DNA of 64,000 nt from a virus. Lineage: Duplodnaviria; Caudoviricetes. Below the pieces are notes generated by a model. It was not told where the DNA came from. It did no database searches and saw only the letters and a program-made list of their open reading frames with translations. Each line of letters starts with the position of its first letter. The first letter of the stretch is position 1. The position numbers and the translations under genes were made by a program. Of this stretch, positions 62,747 to 64,000 are shown piece after piece. Location: IMG/VR virus record IMGVR_UViG_3300038525_000015, positions 16,980 through 80,979 of that record; one strand, given 5' to 3'.

Positions 62747-63314
62747 CGGCCACCTCGGCCATCAGCTCCTCCAGGCTCTTGCCGTCGCCCTGCCCGGTCC
62801 CCTCGGCATCCAGACCGTAGGCCTGTCGCTCCATCCGAATGGTCCGCTCCAGCGCGATGGTGGCGTTCCCCAGCGTCTTGCCGGCGTAGTCCAGCGGGAT
62901 GTCGATCTCCGCTACGGCGCCGCCCTTCAGCTGAACGCTGATGGTGCCCTTGGCCAACTGGCTTTCCAGGCGATCCATCAGCGTCTCGGCCAAACCCTTA
63001 GCCTTGCGCAGCAGCACCTGGTGACCGCGCACGATGCCGGCGCCAACCTCGGCGGCCTGCTCGACGATCTCCGCGTCGGTCTCGGCCTTGACCAGCTCCT
63101 GGGCGATCGCTCGGCCAGTCTTCTCGCGCACGCGCTGGCGGATCTGCTCCGACAAGTCACGCTGCCAGTTGCCGTCGGCGGCGCGCTTGCGGATCGCACC
63201 TTCGGAGGGCCCGTGCAGGCGTGCCAGCTCGCGGTTGCTGTACTGGCCGGTACGGTAGTCCCGCTCGATGGCTGCCCAGTCGTAGCGGGTGGCACGGCTC
63301 TTCTTCTCGCTCAT
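62733..63314 (-). CDS. terS: Terminase small subunit
   Basis: N-terminal HTH 'DWAAIERDYRTGQYSNRELA..HG.SEGAIRKRA', 'ERQAYGL'. Confidence 0.85.
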   Translation of the reverse strand: MSEKKSRATRYDWAAIERDYRTGQYSNRELARLHGPSEGAIRKRAADGNWQRDLSEQIRQRVREKTGRAIAQELVKAETDAEIVEQAAEVGAGIVRGHQVLLRKAKGLAETLMDRLESQLAKGTISVQLKGGAVAEIDIPLDYAGKTLGNATIALERTIRMERQAYGLDAEGTGQGDGKSLEELMAEVAGDDD

Positions 63315-63550
63315 GCCTGGCTGACCTCTTGCAGCAGGCGGTAGACGCCCCCGGTCAGCGTGATGGCGCCAGACATGACCGCGAATTCCCGGGTGACGTA
63401 CATCTCCGGGCCAGACGCCACGGTGCAGATAGCCACGCCGCGAATCTCGCCTTTTTCGATGGCGTCTGCGGTCTGCCTCAGTGAGCGCGCCAGATCCAGC
63501 ATGGCTTCGCTGACGATGACCGGCGGAACTTCCAGCCTCTGGACGCTCAT
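63311..63550 (-). CDS. Hypothetical protein, 79 aa
   Basis: ATGA coupling; 'LRQTADAIEKGE'. Confidence 0.65.
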   Translation of the reverse strand: MSVQRLEVPPVIVSEAMLDLARSLRQTADAIEKGEIRGVAICTVASGPEMYVTREFAVMSGAITLTGGVYRLLQEVSQA

Positions 63551-64000
63551 CGCAGGCACACCCCAGTGACGTACTCCTGCAGGCCCAGGATCATCTGGCG
63601 GCTCAGGGCGAGCTCGTCGCGGAGGGCGAGATAATCCTGTCGAGCCTGGGGAGTGAGTTCGGGGGTTCCTGCATCAGCCACGCGGGCGGCGCCGGTGGAG
63701 TCGGGCGCTCGAGTGCAGGTGGCGTTGACGCGCAGCCGCTGCTCACCAGCAGCAAGAGCAGCGCGCAGGCGGTTGTTTTCAGCTTGGGCATGGTTGAGTT
63801 CCTGGGTATGGCGGCCATCCAGCGCTGCGGTCTCGCTCGCCAGTTCACGCTGCAGTCGCAGGGTTTCGGCCAGGCTGTCCGCGCGGGCGGCAGCCTGCTG
63901 CTGTTTCTGCTGGGCGGCACCGAGCGCGACGGTTTTCGAGTCGTAGGCGGCATACAGGGTGTACAGCGCCAGAGCCAGAGCGGCGCAGAGGATGGCCAGG
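63547..64000 (-). CDS. i-spanin (Rz-like), 5' end outside window
   Basis: N-terminal TM, coiled coil 'HTQEL.HAQ.EN.RL', 'LRVNATC', 'GLQEYV..VC'. Confidence 0.85.
   Translation of the reverse strand, partial: LAILCAALALALYTLYAAYDSKTVALGAAQQKQQQAAARADSLAETLRLQRELASETAALDGRHTQELNHAQAENNRLRAALAAGEQRLRVNATCTRAPDSTGAARVADAGTPELTPQARQDYLALRDELALSRQMILGLQEYVTGVCLR
63603..63791 (-). CDS. o-spanin (Rz1-like) lipoprotein embedded in Rz
   Basis: Lipobox 'SSGC', Pro-rich 'PTPPAPPAWLMQ.P'. Confidence 0.85.
   Translation of the reverse strand: MPKLKTTACALLLLLVSSGCASTPPALERPTPPAPPAWLMQEPPNSLPRLDRIISPSATSSP

Larger units (their letters stand above)
32828..64000. mobile_element. Prophage 2 (podovirus-like; right end outside window), integrated at tRNA-Cys
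   Basis: Spanins, terminase, portal, capsid, fibre, ejection-type genes; no tape measure or tail-tube gene seen. Confidence 0.92.

Overview
The window holds no ordinary chromosomal genes. It contains parts of two different, high-GC, Pseudomonas-type temperate prophages lying back to back, separated by about 176 bp between the displaced 3' fragments of two convergent tRNAs (tRNA-Leu(UAA) on +, 32592-32651; tRNA-Cys(GCA) on -, 32828-32874). Prophage 1 (1-32651) is lambdoid in layout. It shows head genes (P22-like coat, scaffold, MuF/SPP1-gp7, portal with an adjacent GIY-YIG homing endonuclease, TerL/TerS), a holin, Q/Nin genes, DnaB plus an O-like initiator with four 23-bp-spaced iterons, a cro/cI switch with visible operators, an accessory-rich early operon (duplicated LuxR-HTH cassettes, C4-like RNA, RecT/YqaJ), xis and int. 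Prophage 2 (32828-64000, reading right to left) is podovirus-like. It shows spanins, TerS/TerL, portal, scaffold, capsid, adaptors, tail fibre, ejection proteins and a 3000-aa polyvalent protein. The most notable observations are: (i) the giant protein carries a complete GGDEF domain without an I-site, plus InPase-, LPD-, metallopeptidase- and PRTase-like domains; (ii) two small same-strand genes appear nested in its +1 frame, directly after the GGDEF and PRTase domains; (iii) six late genes of prophage 2 have their Shine-Dalgarno folded into a covarying GGGA-tetraloop hairpin. All family assignments come from motif recognition by eye, not from database searches.
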